Sequence record: OR805292.1
DNA: 64,000 nt
Direction: 5' to 3' (one strand)
Positions within the stretch are counted from its first letter, which is position 1; each line of letters begins with the position of its first letter. This document shows positions 39,037-49,159 of this stretch, in pieces. A program made the translations under genes and the position numbers. The notes beneath the pieces were generated by a model that was not told the origin of the DNA, searched no databases, and saw only the letters and a list, made by a program, of their open reading frames with translations.

Positions 39037-39279
39037 ATGGCAAAAGAAAAAGTAACTTTCCCTATCTATAAATTCAACCGCATTGCAGAAATGGCTGACA
39101 AATATAATTCTAAAACTAAGACACAACGGTTTCAAGTTATGTCTAAGTTTAAAGGAACTCAGCTCATAGAAGTTGGACTGTACGATACTAAAGATAAGAA
39201 ATATGTACTAGTAGATACACGCCATTATACAATGGATGATTGTATAAAAGAAATGGAATCTATGATTTCGGGAAAGTAA
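39037..39279 (+). CDS. small basic hypothetical protein (80 aa)
   Basis: Own sigma70 promoter; antisense insertion within the baseplate cluster. Confidence 0.75.
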   Translation: MAKEKVTFPIYKFNRIAEMADKYNSKTKTQRFQVMSKFKGTQLIEVGLYDTKDKKYVLVDTRHYTMDDCIKEMESMISGK

Positions 39280-39323
39280 CTTAAACAGAAGGGAGGGGGT
39301 TAAGTAACTAACCCCCTATTTTT

Positions 39324-39608
39324 ATGCCCGGAAAATTAAAGTATCATAATAGCTATGACTTTATATATGGAGTCTATGTTATTGCAAAAGATTCCCACAA
39401 GGGACAATATGTATGCATAGCTTTATCTGAAGACTTAGACGAAGAATATATATTTAATGAAATCAATTTTTATAGTGTACGCTATATAAAAGATAATTTC
39501 TACGATGTATATTGCAAATTTGATTTATTTACTTTTGCTAGAATGTTGGCAACACATTTAGAATTATTGTACGACAGAAGATATAATTATTTTAATGATG
39601 ATTTATAA
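39324..39608 (+). CDS. hypothetical protein (94 aa)
   Basis: ORF ending at a bidirectional terminator. Confidence 0.65.
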   Translation: MPGKLKYHNSYDFIYGVYVIAKDSHKGQYVCIALSEDLDEEYIFNEINFYSVRYIKDNFYDVYCKFDLFTFARMLATHLELLYDRRYNYFNDDL

Positions 39609-39629
39609 AGGAGCATTATGCTCCTTTAT
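39605..39629. terminator. bidirectional terminator
   Basis: ATAAAGGAGCA-TTA-TGCTCCTTTAT; same core as 63592-63618. Confidence 0.85.
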
Positions 39630-41049
39630 TTTTGTGCTCAGGACACGGTTCGAATGTATTAAATCTAGATACTATAGTAGTTACTCCTGGCTGAGACATT
39701 CTATTATATCTATTTGCATCACTAAACTCAGGCAATATATTAGTTTTGCCATTAGTAGTAGGTGTACTTGCTTCAGTAGGAGAATCAGGTGCCGGCGGCT
39801 GCGGACCGTTCATATGTATATTAGCACCTAACTCGATAATATCCCCGCCTGCACTTAATCCATATGTTCCGTTAGTAGCAGTTGCTATCTGTCCTGCAGC
39901 TTGTAAATTATAATTAGAACCTGCTTTTAAAGATATATCAACTCCGGCAGTGTTATGCAAACTGCCTCCTAATTGATTTAGTAATGTATCTTTTTGCGAT
40001 TGAATATTTAAATTATTATTAGCTTGTATAAATATATCTCCGCCTTGACCTGTTAGTTCCGGGGCTATGCCTCCGGTAGAAACGGTAGTGTAGTCTTTAG
40101 ATGCTTTAATGTTTATATTTCTTCCTGCCTCTATATTAATATCTCTATCTGCTCGTATATTGAAATCTTCCATAAAACGTAAAGATCCGGATTTTGCACC
40201 AAATACATCTACGTTACCTGAGTTATCTAATTCTATCCAAGCAGTGCCCAATTTATTAATTATATAAATTATTCCATTAGTTTCATCTAATCTTATTTGA
40301 GCACCAGATCTAGTTCTTAATGTGATATGTTCGGATGTGGGTGCATCATCCATAACGAACTGATGACCGCCATGCCTTCTTGCATTTGCACCGTCTATTA
40401 CTGGACCTGGGGTAAGAATACCGAATACCTGACTAGGTGCTTCCCTGCGTGCGGATGATGAAGATACACCCCGTATATTATCGTTAATAAGCCCTTGCGT
40501 TTTTAATCCTTGGGCAAGACTAGCAACAGGTTTATTAATAGTTTGTGCATTTACTTTTTCTAGTGTGTTTTTATTATATTCACCTACAGGTAGAGATTTG
40601 CCTGCTGTCTCATAATTATTAACACTGCCAGCAACTGCAGGAATCATATGATTCATCTGTTGTTGCCATATGCATCCAAACCAAAATCCCTTTGCAGGGT
40701 CGCCGTTAGCAAACATTACAGCTACCTGATTTTCAAGATCTGGCGGTACTGCCCACATACCGTAAGATGTTTGTGTTTCGTGGAATGCAGATACATCTTG
40801 TGAGCCGCCGATTGTCATAGGATTAGTTGCGCCAGCAAATGGCGAACAGTATCCAACTAACAACCAACCAGATTCATCGCTCGGATCAGTACCGAATTCC
40901 GGCACCCAAACCCTAAGTCTTCCCATTCTGTTGCTATCGACATTATCTTTGACAAACCCAATATACATTCCGTAATATTTTTGTGCTCTGCCTGTCGGTG
41001 TTTTGCTAGCAGACGGATTTACACCTACTGTTCTAGAATATGTACTCAT
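39616..41049 (-). CDS. gp5: baseplate central spike, gp5/VgrG-like, no lysozyme domain recognised (477 aa)
   Basis: OB-fold G.V.DN.D..RMGRLRVWVP, GMWAVPPD..NQV.V.F.NGD and beta-helix repeats. Confidence 0.85.
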   Translation of the reverse strand: MSTYSRTVGVNPSASKTPTGRAQKYYGMYIGFVKDNVDSNRMGRLRVWVPEFGTDPSDESGWLLVGYCSPFAGATNPMTIGGSQDVSAFHETQTSYGMWAVPPDLENQVAVMFANGDPAKGFWFGCIWQQQMNHMIPAVAGSVNNYETAGKSLPVGEYNKNTLEKVNAQTINKPVASLAQGLKTQGLINDNIRGVSSSSARREAPSQVFGILTPGPVIDGANARRHGGHQFVMDDAPTSEHITLRTRSGAQIRLDETNGIIYIINKLGTAWIELDNSGNVDVFGAKSGSLRFMEDFNIRADRDINIEAGRNINIKASKDYTTVSTGGIAPELTGQGGDIFIQANNNLNIQSQKDTLLNQLGGSLHNTAGVDISLKAGSNYNLQAAGQIATATNGTYGLSAGGDIIELGANIHMNGPQPPAPDSPTEASTPTTNGKTNILPEFSDANRYNRMSQPGVTTIVSRFNTFEPCPEHKNKGA

Positions 41050-43073
41050 TATTGATTAAACCTTTGGATGTCTATGTCTGTTATATCAGTTAATTTATCT
41101 CTTACTGCTTGCAATTCTTGGCGGAATATGCCTTTGGAAAAAACATGCTTCACTACTATAACTTGATATATGCCGTTTATAATAGTATTTTGTTTCATGG
41201 AAGATGTTACTGTTCCTTCTATATAGTTTAAATTAGGAGTCTGACTAGTAAACAAAAAGAATACTTGAGACGAAGTAGGATTAACATAAGATGTATTTGT
41301 ATTGTTTATCCTATCCTCTACTGTACTTATTTTATTAGTTGTGGGCGGACCTAGCCAATAAGGATCTCCTTTTATAGATAAATCTATTTTAAGCAATTCG
41401 GCGTTATCATCATACATTATTTGAGAAAATAATGAAGATAAAAAAGATTTACCTGCATGATAGTTGTCTTCTACACCTATATCATCATTTGAAGTATCTG
41501 GGGTTTCTATAGTTGTAATAGGAAGTTTACTTAATGAATCTGCAGTAGCATCTTCTATAAATTGTATGGCATTTTGCCTTACTTCAGTTTCTTGATCTGT
41601 ATCGGGATCTGCATTTGTATTTTCTCTAATCCTTGCTTGCCTTCCTTTTGACACCAAAGACGATTGTTCTGTATTTGTATCTACTGTAGATACATTTCTA
41701 GGATCCTGGCGATCGGTGCCGGGAGTAACTGTTGAATTAAATTTGCTTTTTACAGATGCACTTGTTGACATCTTCTGTTTTAATAATAACTGATCAGGAG
41801 ACATTCTTCTACCCGGATCAACAGATGTATATGTATCTACTGTTCCTGTTTGTCTAGGTAGCGTAGCATACCACATAAAATTAAATTTCAAATTAAAATC
41901 TAATATTTGATCATTTAATCCAGTAAATAGATAATTATAATGCTTCCTTAGTACACTTCTGCCTAAATATTCATTAAATCTGTTTTCTGAAGACTCGGGT
42001 GTAACTCTAGATTCATCCTTCGATGCAACTATTGTCATTGTATCGTACGGTACGATAACATACCTAAAATTCCTGGCATAATCCCCTCTTCCTGGGTCAT
42101 ATTCTAGCGTGTCTACTTGAGACAAAACCCTATATAATTTTTTAACCATAGACCTGTTCGGATCTGGATTAAATTGGGGGTGAGCCGGAACATCTGAACC
42201 CGCAATTTCCTTTTCAATAACTTCCGTAGAATTTATTATAGTTTCAATTATATACTGAATACTAGTATTATCATAAAATTGAACAGTAGTTACTGAGTTA
42301 TCATCCACTACATAGTCGGATAATCTATCAATTGTTTGGTCGGAATTAGATATTTTTAACGGAGCATTTATTAATCTCTCATCCGAAATTATTATTTCGT
42401 ACTTATCTGGCTTTAATTGTTTATTAGATGCTCGCTGTGGCTGTCTATCATTGAGCGATTGTTTCAATTTTTCTAACATTTCGCCTACAGTTTTGCCAGA
42501 AAGAGATATACCTTGTTGCATATCGCCGTATTGGTTTGTATATCCTAGTTCACTGTATACTGCTCCTACAAAATCATAAGTTGTACCCGATCCTGTAACA
42601 ACCATATCCATTTTAGTTATAGTAATAGGAAATACCCATTTTGCCTTCATAACAGACGGCAACGAAGAAGTTGTTGTTCTGCCTTTAAAAGTCAATTCCA
42701 TAAAATATGGTGCTTTTAAGTAATTATCTATACCTAAACTAACAGCAGATGCATATAATTGATCTAACATACTACTGCCATGTGGTTCTTGAATTTTAAA
42801 AGATAATGTTGTAGACTCGCCCGTGCCGGTTTCTACTGTCATTCCGGGAACAGTTGTTAATATGAAGTCGTCTATACCTAATCCAGTAACACCCGATTCT
42901 GCAATTGTTATTTGCCTAGACCTGTCTAATACATTATTGTTTACTATATCTTCTATAGAGCACATATATAGTCGTAAATGATATGTAGTGCTAGTTATAG
43001 AATCCAAGGGATTAGGTAAAAACGGATACATATTTGTATCCGTATTAGTAGGAGTAGGTTTGTTTAATGACAT
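41049..43073 (-). CDS. baseplate hub protein (gp27/gp44-like; 674 aa)
   Basis: Synteny upstream of gp5; C-terminal I.GDPYWL...G.YQV..V.H.FS.G.F.Q.L motif. Confidence 0.7.
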   Translation of the reverse strand: MSLNKPTPTNTDTNMYPFLPNPLDSITSTTYHLRLYMCSIEDIVNNNVLDRSRQITIAESGVTGLGIDDFILTTVPGMTVETGTGESTTLSFKIQEPHGSSMLDQLYASAVSLGIDNYLKAPYFMELTFKGRTTTSSLPSVMKAKWVFPITITKMDMVVTGSGTTYDFVGAVYSELGYTNQYGDMQQGISLSGKTVGEMLEKLKQSLNDRQPQRASNKQLKPDKYEIIISDERLINAPLKISNSDQTIDRLSDYVVDDNSVTTVQFYDNTSIQYIIETIINSTEVIEKEIAGSDVPAHPQFNPDPNRSMVKKLYRVLSQVDTLEYDPGRGDYARNFRYVIVPYDTMTIVASKDESRVTPESSENRFNEYLGRSVLRKHYNYLFTGLNDQILDFNLKFNFMWYATLPRQTGTVDTYTSVDPGRRMSPDQLLLKQKMSTSASVKSKFNSTVTPGTDRQDPRNVSTVDTNTEQSSLVSKGRQARIRENTNADPDTDQETEVRQNAIQFIEDATADSLSKLPITTIETPDTSNDDIGVEDNYHAGKSFLSSLFSQIMYDDNAELLKIDLSIKGDPYWLGPPTTNKISTVEDRINNTNTSYVNPTSSQVFFLFTSQTPNLNYIEGTVTSSMKQNTIINGIYQVIVVKHVFSKGIFRQELQAVRDKLTDITDIDIQRFNQ

Positions 43074-43372
43074 TAAATTATACCTTCTAACGATTCTATA
43101 GTGGGTGCATATATAGATTTTCCTGCAGTAAAATCATATATAGGATCGATTAATTCATCCATATTTCTTACCGCAAATACCCACCAAAGTTCTTCTGTTC
43201 CGTATAAATCATACGAAAGCAAATCAGGTCTTTGATCATATTTAGGTGCAATAACAATTAATTCATCAGTTATATTAGGTAATATTTTCCTAGGAACCCA
43301 TAAATCTAAATAAAAATCTTTTATAGGTGTATCATAATATCGGCTTTTCGTAGAAGAAATGTTATTTGCCAT
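43073..43372 (-). CDS. gp53/LysM-like baseplate wedge initiator (99 aa)
   Basis: RPDLLSYDLYG...LWWVFA..N....DP motif. Confidence 0.8.
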   Translation of the reverse strand: MANNISSTKSRYYDTPIKDFYLDLWVPRKILPNITDELIVIAPKYDQRPDLLSYDLYGTEELWWVFAVRNMDELIDPIYDFTAGKSIYAPTIESLEGII

Positions 43373-44007
43373 TATATAAATCCTTTATTATTCTTCAGTA
43401 ACTCACCTGTCCTAAATTTACTTAGATCAAATGTCTGCCTAACCTCTTGGGGGTTATATTGAGGCTCTAACGTTATCGTCATAGTTAATTGAGTAGGAAC
43501 ATCTGTATTTTCACTTATATTGTTAAATCTTACAGGAACATAATCTACTTTGTTGTCTAAAATAATACTGAAATTTTTAACAACTACTGGCACATTTTTG
43601 AACATGTATGTTCCTAAGTAATTAAATGATAAAATAGGCGGCGGTGTGCCTGCTCTTACTAAATCTGTTTGTCCGAAGTAATTTTTTGTTACTGTTCGCA
43701 TAAAATGCATTGCTGCTAATGTATATCTTGCCTCTACATCTGTTTGTGATGTAAATATTGCTTCTACTGATATAGGCTGAGGTGCAGATTTAACATATGC
43801 AAGGTATTTGTAGTTAGTATGAGTAAAATGAAAGGATTCATCGTATTCTGCATCTGCTGCTAATGTAACTATCGGTCTGAACGGAAATATCAAACCGCCT
43901 GTCTTTTTTAGAGGTGCAAGAATGTTAACAAGCTGGTCGTTACTTTCTCCAAATAAATCATTTGCAGCTAACGCATTCTTTGGTTTTAAAATTGCTCTAC
44001 TATCCAC
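43372..44007 (-). CDS. baseplate-tail tube initiator (gp48/gp54-like; 211 aa)
   Basis: FPF.P....., HFMRTVTK, G.PPP.L.F...G..MF..VPVV motifs. Confidence 0.7.
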   Translation of the reverse strand: MDSRAILKPKNALAANDLFGESNDQLVNILAPLKKTGGLIFPFRPIVTLAADAEYDESFHFTHTNYKYLAYVKSAPQPISVEAIFTSQTDVEARYTLAAMHFMRTVTKNYFGQTDLVRAGTPPPILSFNYLGTYMFKNVPVVVKNFSIILDNKVDYVPVRFNNISENTDVPTQLTMTITLEPQYNPQEVRQTFDLSKFRTGELLKNNKGFI

Positions 44008-44056
44008 GATATATAATCTCTTTTATATATTTATCAGTAGGTTTATATGCTAATAT

Positions 44057-44085
44057 TTGACTTTGAAAATATTTTGTTGTAAAAT
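44057..44085 (+). promoter_or_regulatory. sigma70 promoter for the gp55-47-46 operon
   Basis: TTGACT-N17-TAAAAT. Confidence 0.75.
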
Positions 44086-44109
44086 AATAATAAAAAGCAT
44101 GGATGCACA

Positions 44110-44952
44110 ATGAATACAAAAATTGTAGTTAATTATATTAATAATAAAGAAATGTTAAAGGAAATACATCGTAGTAAAAATTCATTCTGCGAATATATTT
44201 CCCCAAAGTATAAAGATTACGATATTATCTTTACTTCAAAAGAAGACTGTCTGAAACAAGAAAATATAAACGCAGCAATACTTAAACGAGCAGAGCGTTT
44301 AACTCAAGTACAGATAGATGAATATGCATTAAGAACAAATACTAGTTCTAAAAAAGCAAAAGCATCTATAACCCAAGTAGATCCTGCAACAATAAATAAA
44401 CATGATGTTGTTTTTCGTGTTATCACATACGAACATATTCCAGAAGATCATGATAGGAAAAAGACAAAAAAATCAATTAAAGACTATCATGTTAAGTTAA
44501 ATTTTACTCCTTTTAAGCATTTTATTATAGACGAAAATAATAACTTAGTAGAAGTAGGCAGAAGTCACAGCAAAAAAGGAGAGTTTTGCTTAACTGGAGG
44601 ATCTATATCAGATAGATTAGCAAAAATGTTTATGTTGTTAATTGACAAATTCGGTCAAAAAAGCAACTGGCGTGGATATTCATATCTAGATGAAATGAAG
44701 GGACAAGCTTTACTTCAGTTAGCGTCTATGGGGTTGCAATTCGACGAACATTTAAGTGATAATCCCTTTGCATATTACACTTCGTCTATAAACAATTCTT
44801 TTACTAGGGTATTCAACATAGAAAAACGTAATCAAATAATCAGGGACGATTTATTACAAAATATGGGACAAAATCCTAGCCTTACTAGACAATTAGAACA
44901 CGATGAGCAAATTCGGTTGCTCAGAGAATTAAATGATTCTAAAGATGATTAA
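44110..44952 (+). CDS. gp55: late-transcription sigma factor, T4 gp55-like
   Basis: NYINNKEML, NWRGYSY.DEM...A and FD...S.NPFAYYT..I.NSF motifs; gp55-gp47-gp46 synteny. Confidence 0.8.
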   Translation: MNTKIVVNYINNKEMLKEIHRSKNSFCEYISPKYKDYDIIFTSKEDCLKQENINAAILKRAERLTQVQIDEYALRTNTSSKKAKASITQVDPATINKHDVVFRVITYEHIPEDHDRKKTKKSIKDYHVKLNFTPFKHFIIDENNNLVEVGRSHSKKGEFCLTGGSISDRLAKMFMLLIDKFGQKSNWRGYSYLDEMKGQALLQLASMGLQFDEHLSDNPFAYYTSSINNSFTRVFNIEKRNQIIRDDLLQNMGQNPSLTRQLEHDEQIRLLRELNDSKDD

Positions 44953-44963
44953 AAGGATTTAAA

Positions 44964-45977
44964 GTGGGTAATTTATTTAAGAAAGTTGCATGTTTTAGTG
45001 ATATTCACTTCGGATTGCATCATAACTCTAAAATTCACAATCAAGACTGTGAAGATTTCATTAAGTGGTTTTGTAAAACTGCTAAAGAAAAAAATGCAGA
45101 AACATGTATATTTTTAGGCGATTGGCATCATACAAGAAACACCATTAATGTATCTACGCTAAACTACACTATGTCTAGTTTAGAACTACTAAACGATACG
45201 TTCGAAAAAGTATATTTTATCACTGGCAATCATGACCTTATGTATAGAGAAAAAAGAGAAGTACATTCTATTCCGATGGGTCACAAATATCCTAATATAG
45301 TTATGATAGAAGATCCGTTCGAACAAGGAGATGTATCTATTCTACCGTGGTTAGTAGGAGATGAATGGAAAGACGTTCCTAAAATAAAAGCAAAATATTT
45401 GTTTGGGCATTTAGAAATTCCAGGATTTAAACTAAATGCAATGGTAGAAATGCCCGATGTAGGAGAAATAAAATCCGAACATTTTGTTAATCAAACATAT
45501 GTATTTTCTGGACATTTTCATAAGAGACAAGTAAATGGAAAAATTAATTATATCGGCAATCCATTTGGTCACAACTATTCTGATGTATGGGATTTTGATA
45601 GGGGTGCAATGTTTTTAGAATGGGGAGGGGAGCCTGAATATGTTAATTACGAAGACGGACCCAGGTTCATATCCACTACATTGAAACAAATACTAGAAAA
45701 TCCAGATTATTATCTTAAGCCAAAAACTCACGTAAAAGCAACTATAGATGTAGATATAACATACGAAGAAGCCAATTTCTTACGTGAAACATTCTTGTCT
45801 TCATATAAAGTTAGAGAATTTAAATTATTACAGTCTAAATACAGCGAACACGAAATAGAAAGTGATACTGAAACAGAATTCGAAACTGTAGATGAAATTG
45901 TTATTTCCGAACTAACTAATATTCAAAGTGATAACTTTGATAAAAACATACTTATAAGCATTTACACAAACCTATAA
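44964..45977 (+). CDS. gp47: recombination endonuclease subunit (Mre11/SbcD-like)
   Basis: SDIHFG, LGDW.H, GNHD and SGHFH metallophosphoesterase motifs. Confidence 0.95.
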   Translation: MGNLFKKVACFSDIHFGLHHNSKIHNQDCEDFIKWFCKTAKEKNAETCIFLGDWHHTRNTINVSTLNYTMSSLELLNDTFEKVYFITGNHDLMYREKREVHSIPMGHKYPNIVMIEDPFEQGDVSILPWLVGDEWKDVPKIKAKYLFGHLEIPGFKLNAMVEMPDVGEIKSEHFVNQTYVFSGHFHKRQVNGKINYIGNPFGHNYSDVWDFDRGAMFLEWGGEPEYVNYEDGPRFISTTLKQILENPDYYLKPKTHVKATIDVDITYEEANFLRETFLSSYKVREFKLLQSKYSEHEIESDTETEFETVDEIVISELTNIQSDNFDKNILISIYTNL

Positions 45978-47731
45978 TGTTAAAATTTAAATCTATATCA
46001 ATGCGAAATTTTATGTCTGTCGGTAATAATACACAGACTATATTGCTAGACGAAAACGATCTAACATTAGTTTTAGGAGAAAATTTAGATCTCGGTGGCA
46101 ATGACAGTAAAAACGGAACCGGTAAGACTGCAAAATTAAATGCACTTTCATACGCACTCTTTGGTACAGCATTAACTAATATAAGAAAAGAAAATCTAAT
46201 TAATAAAACAAATGAAAAAAATATGTATGTTAAATTAGAATTTTCGTTGAATAATAAAGAATACAAAATAGAAAGGGGAAGAAAACCTAATATATTTAAA
46301 GTTATAATCAACAACAAAGAATTAGAAACAGACGAAACTGACGAAGCGCAAGGCGACAGCAGACAAACCCAACTTGCATTAGAAAAGGAATTAGGTTTTA
46401 GTCATAATATGTTTAAAAACATAATTGCACTAAACACTTATTCCACTCCTTTTCTTTCTATGAAAACTACCGAACAAAGAGAATTAATAGAACAACTGCT
46501 AGGCATAACTAAACTAAGTGAAAAAGCAGATATTCTAAAAAATTTAGTTAAAGATACTAAAGATAGAATTAAAGAAGAAGAATTTAGAATTAAAGCAATC
46601 CAAGAAGCAAATAAAAGCATAGAACAAAACATTGCTTCTATGGAACTTAGAAGCAAAGCTTGGGATAAAAGACATTTAGATACTTTACAAGAATACAGAG
46701 AATCGCTAGAGCATCTAAATAAAATAGATATAGATACTGAAATAGAAATGCATAAAGTTTTAAAAGAGATTTCTATTAAAGAAAGAGAAAAAAATGATAT
46801 TTTAAAAGAATATAATATTGTAGAACGAGAAATACAGTCATTATCTACAACAGTATCTCACCTTTCGTCACAATTACTAAAAACTACAGAACACAACGAA
46901 TGTCCTACGTGCGGACAAGAATTAAATGATAGTCATACTTCATTAACTGAATCTTTAAAATTAAAGTTAGAATCTGCAACTAATTCACTTAAAGAAAAAG
47001 AAAATGAAAAAGAATTAATTTTAAATACATTGAATTCTATTTTTATACCGGAAAAACCATCTACGTTTTATTCGTCTTTAGATGATGTTTATAATCATAA
47101 AACTATGATTAATACACTAGAGCATTCTATAGAAAAAGAAGAAATGCTAACTAACCCTCACGTAGAAAATGTTTCTATTTTACGAGATAGCATAAAACCG
47201 GTGGATTTCGAAACTATTAATACGTTAGTTTCGTTACGAGATCATCAAGAATTTTTATTAAAACTGCTAACCTCAAAAGATAGTTTTATAAGAAAAAAGA
47301 TTATAGATCAAAATTTATCTTATCTAAATACAAGACTTGCACACTACTTAATAAAAATAGGATTGCCACACGAAGTAAAATTTATGTCTGACCTAGAAGT
47401 TCAGATTACAGAACACGGCAGAGAATTAGATTTTGATAATTTAAGTAGAGGTGAACGCACCCGTTTAATTCTTTCACTAAGTTGGGCATTTAGAGATGTA
47501 TTTGAAAGTCTTAACTATAAAATAAATCTGCTATATATAGACGAATTAATAGACAATGGATTAGATACCAGAGGTGTAGAATCTGCTCTAAGCATTCTAA
47601 AACAAATGTCAAGGGATTCTAGCAGAAAAGTATTTTTAGTGTCACACAGAGAAGAATTAATTGGACGAGTTGATGTTCAACTAAAAGCAGTAAAAGAAGG
47701 TGGATTTACTTCTTATACAATCGAAGGATAA
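45977..47731 (+). CDS. gp46: recombination ATPase subunit (Rad50/SbcC-like)
   Basis: Walker A NGTGKT, CPTCGQ zinc hook, LSRGE signature, Walker B LYIDE. Confidence 0.95.
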   Translation: MLKFKSISMRNFMSVGNNTQTILLDENDLTLVLGENLDLGGNDSKNGTGKTAKLNALSYALFGTALTNIRKENLINKTNEKNMYVKLEFSLNNKEYKIERGRKPNIFKVIINNKELETDETDEAQGDSRQTQLALEKELGFSHNMFKNIIALNTYSTPFLSMKTTEQRELIEQLLGITKLSEKADILKNLVKDTKDRIKEEEFRIKAIQEANKSIEQNIASMELRSKAWDKRHLDTLQEYRESLEHLNKIDIDTEIEMHKVLKEISIKEREKNDILKEYNIVEREIQSLSTTVSHLSSQLLKTTEHNECPTCGQELNDSHTSLTESLKLKLESATNSLKEKENEKELILNTLNSIFIPEKPSTFYSSLDDVYNHKTMINTLEHSIEKEEMLTNPHVENVSILRDSIKPVDFETINTLVSLRDHQEFLLKLLTSKDSFIRKKIIDQNLSYLNTRLAHYLIKIGLPHEVKFMSDLEVQITEHGRELDFDNLSRGERTRLILSLSWAFRDVFESLNYKINLLYIDELIDNGLDTRGVESALSILKQMSRDSSRKVFLVSHREELIGRVDVQLKAVKEGGFTSYTIEG

Positions 47732-47732
47732 T

Positions 47733-47758
47733 AAAAAAGAGGCTTAAGCCTCTTTTTT
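47733..47758. terminator. bidirectional terminator
   Basis: AAAAAAGAGGC-TTAA-GCCTCTTTTTT. Confidence 0.9.
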
Positions 47759-48493
47759 ATTAGTTTCTATTTTTGCTTTATCTAGTTGCTGTTTACTAAT
47801 ATATTTCGCATTAATTGTTATATTTTTGTTATCTCTTGCTTTAGTTAACCTATGAGCACCGTCTATTACATATAGTTTACCGTTGTCTTTATACACTATT
47901 ATAGGGATGCTCACATCGGCAGCTTTTACTCTCGACGGCGCTAATTTGGTATATCGTAATATCCATGTTAAGTCTTTTATTTTAACACTTTCCACAGGAG
48001 CATGCTCTGTACTTCTAAAAATATCATCTAATCTATATTCATTACCATTATGCGTTAATGTACTATGTTTACCTTCTGTATAAGATTCAGAAATAGTATT
48101 AATGTTGTTGCCTATGTTAGATATTCTTGTTAAACTAGATTCAGTATCAGAAGCTATTATGTCTCTACTATCTCCTGATCCTTTAAAATCGTAAACAATT
48201 ATTCTTACTACATTAGGGAATATAGAAGATTTATTTACTTTAAGTCTTTTTATACGGTTACCCTGGGTGTCGTATAATGTTTCGTCAATTATATTAATAT
48301 TAAAAGATTTTGCTAAATCCTTTGCAGTAATACCTACCTCTGCGGGCGATTCTTTAGAATATCTAGCCCTATTATCTATTACTAACTCGGTATTGTTAAA
48401 AAATGGATATTTATTCAATACATTGTTTAGTATTTTTTTAAATTTTGTATCTATAGGCTTAAACGGTAAAATCTCACCTTCTATAAATCTCAT
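47744..48493 (-). CDS. ParB/Srx-like domain protein (249 aa)
   Basis: C-terminal PIIV......LYVIDGAHRL..A motif. Confidence 0.8.
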   Translation of the reverse strand: MRFIEGEILPFKPIDTKFKKILNNVLNKYPFFNNTELVIDNRARYSKESPAEVGITAKDLAKSFNINIIDETLYDTQGNRIKRLKVNKSSIFPNVVRIIVYDFKGSGDSRDIIASDTESSLTRISNIGNNINTISESYTEGKHSTLTHNGNEYRLDDIFRSTEHAPVESVKIKDLTWILRYTKLAPSRVKAADVSIPIIVYKDNGKLYVIDGAHRLTKARDNKNITINAKYISKQQLDKAKIETNKKEA

Positions 48494-48495
48494 TA

Positions 48496-48993
48496 TTATT
48501 TACTCAGCTGTTTTACTTTCTCTTTATTCTCTTCTGTCCAGAAATTATTCCAACTACAGAATACCCAACCCTTATAATCTATACTATTATTTACTTTAAT
48601 ACCGGTTTTTTCTTCAAATACTACCCATTTGCCTTGCCGCGTTATTTTTATAAAAATAATATTAAAATCACCCTCGCTAGCAGTATCGCGTACCTGTGAT
48701 ATCCATGTATCTAACTGTTTGCACTCTCCTTCGAACAACGAAGTAAATGAAAATTTTGCATACGATTTACATTCAGAATTAAAATGTTCCCATGTATCCG
48801 GAGGGAAAATATCACCTTTATAGGATTTGATTTGATTATTACCTAGTGATGTTTTTCTGACAGAATTTTGTCCTCCTATAAAGGCACCTGAATGTGCTGT
48901 TCTGGTAAAGGGTTCGTTGTAAAATGAGGTAAGATCTTTTGCTACATCTCGTTCCCAGCTACTACCTTTAATTTTACTTTTCGATCCAGACAT
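48496..48993 (-). CDS. Holliday junction resolvase (Hjc-like PD-(D/E)XK)
   Basis: SK.KGSSWERDVA..L, GDI and ECKSY motifs. Confidence 0.85.
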   Translation of the reverse strand: MSGSKSKIKGSSWERDVAKDLTSFYNEPFTRTAHSGAFIGGQNSVRKTSLGNNQIKSYKGDIFPPDTWEHFNSECKSYAKFSFTSLFEGECKQLDTWISQVRDTASEGDFNIIFIKITRQGKWVVFEEKTGIKVNNSIDYKGWVFCSWNNFWTEENKEKVKQLSK

Positions 48994-49124
48994 GTTTTGT
49001 TAACCTTTTATATACCTGTTAAATTTTACATTATTTAGTTAATTTTATACCCATATAATACTGTCGAGATAAATATGTGTGTAGATAACTTATAGCATTA
49101 TTTTTAACGATTTTAGTACAATGG

Positions 49125-49153
49125 TTGACAGTATTAATGTCGTATGCTATAAT
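49125..49153 (+). promoter_or_regulatory. perfect consensus sigma70 promoter
   Basis: TTGACA (49125-30)-N17-TATAAT (49148-53), with extended -10 TG. Confidence 0.9.
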
Positions 49154-49159
49154 CCGCAA

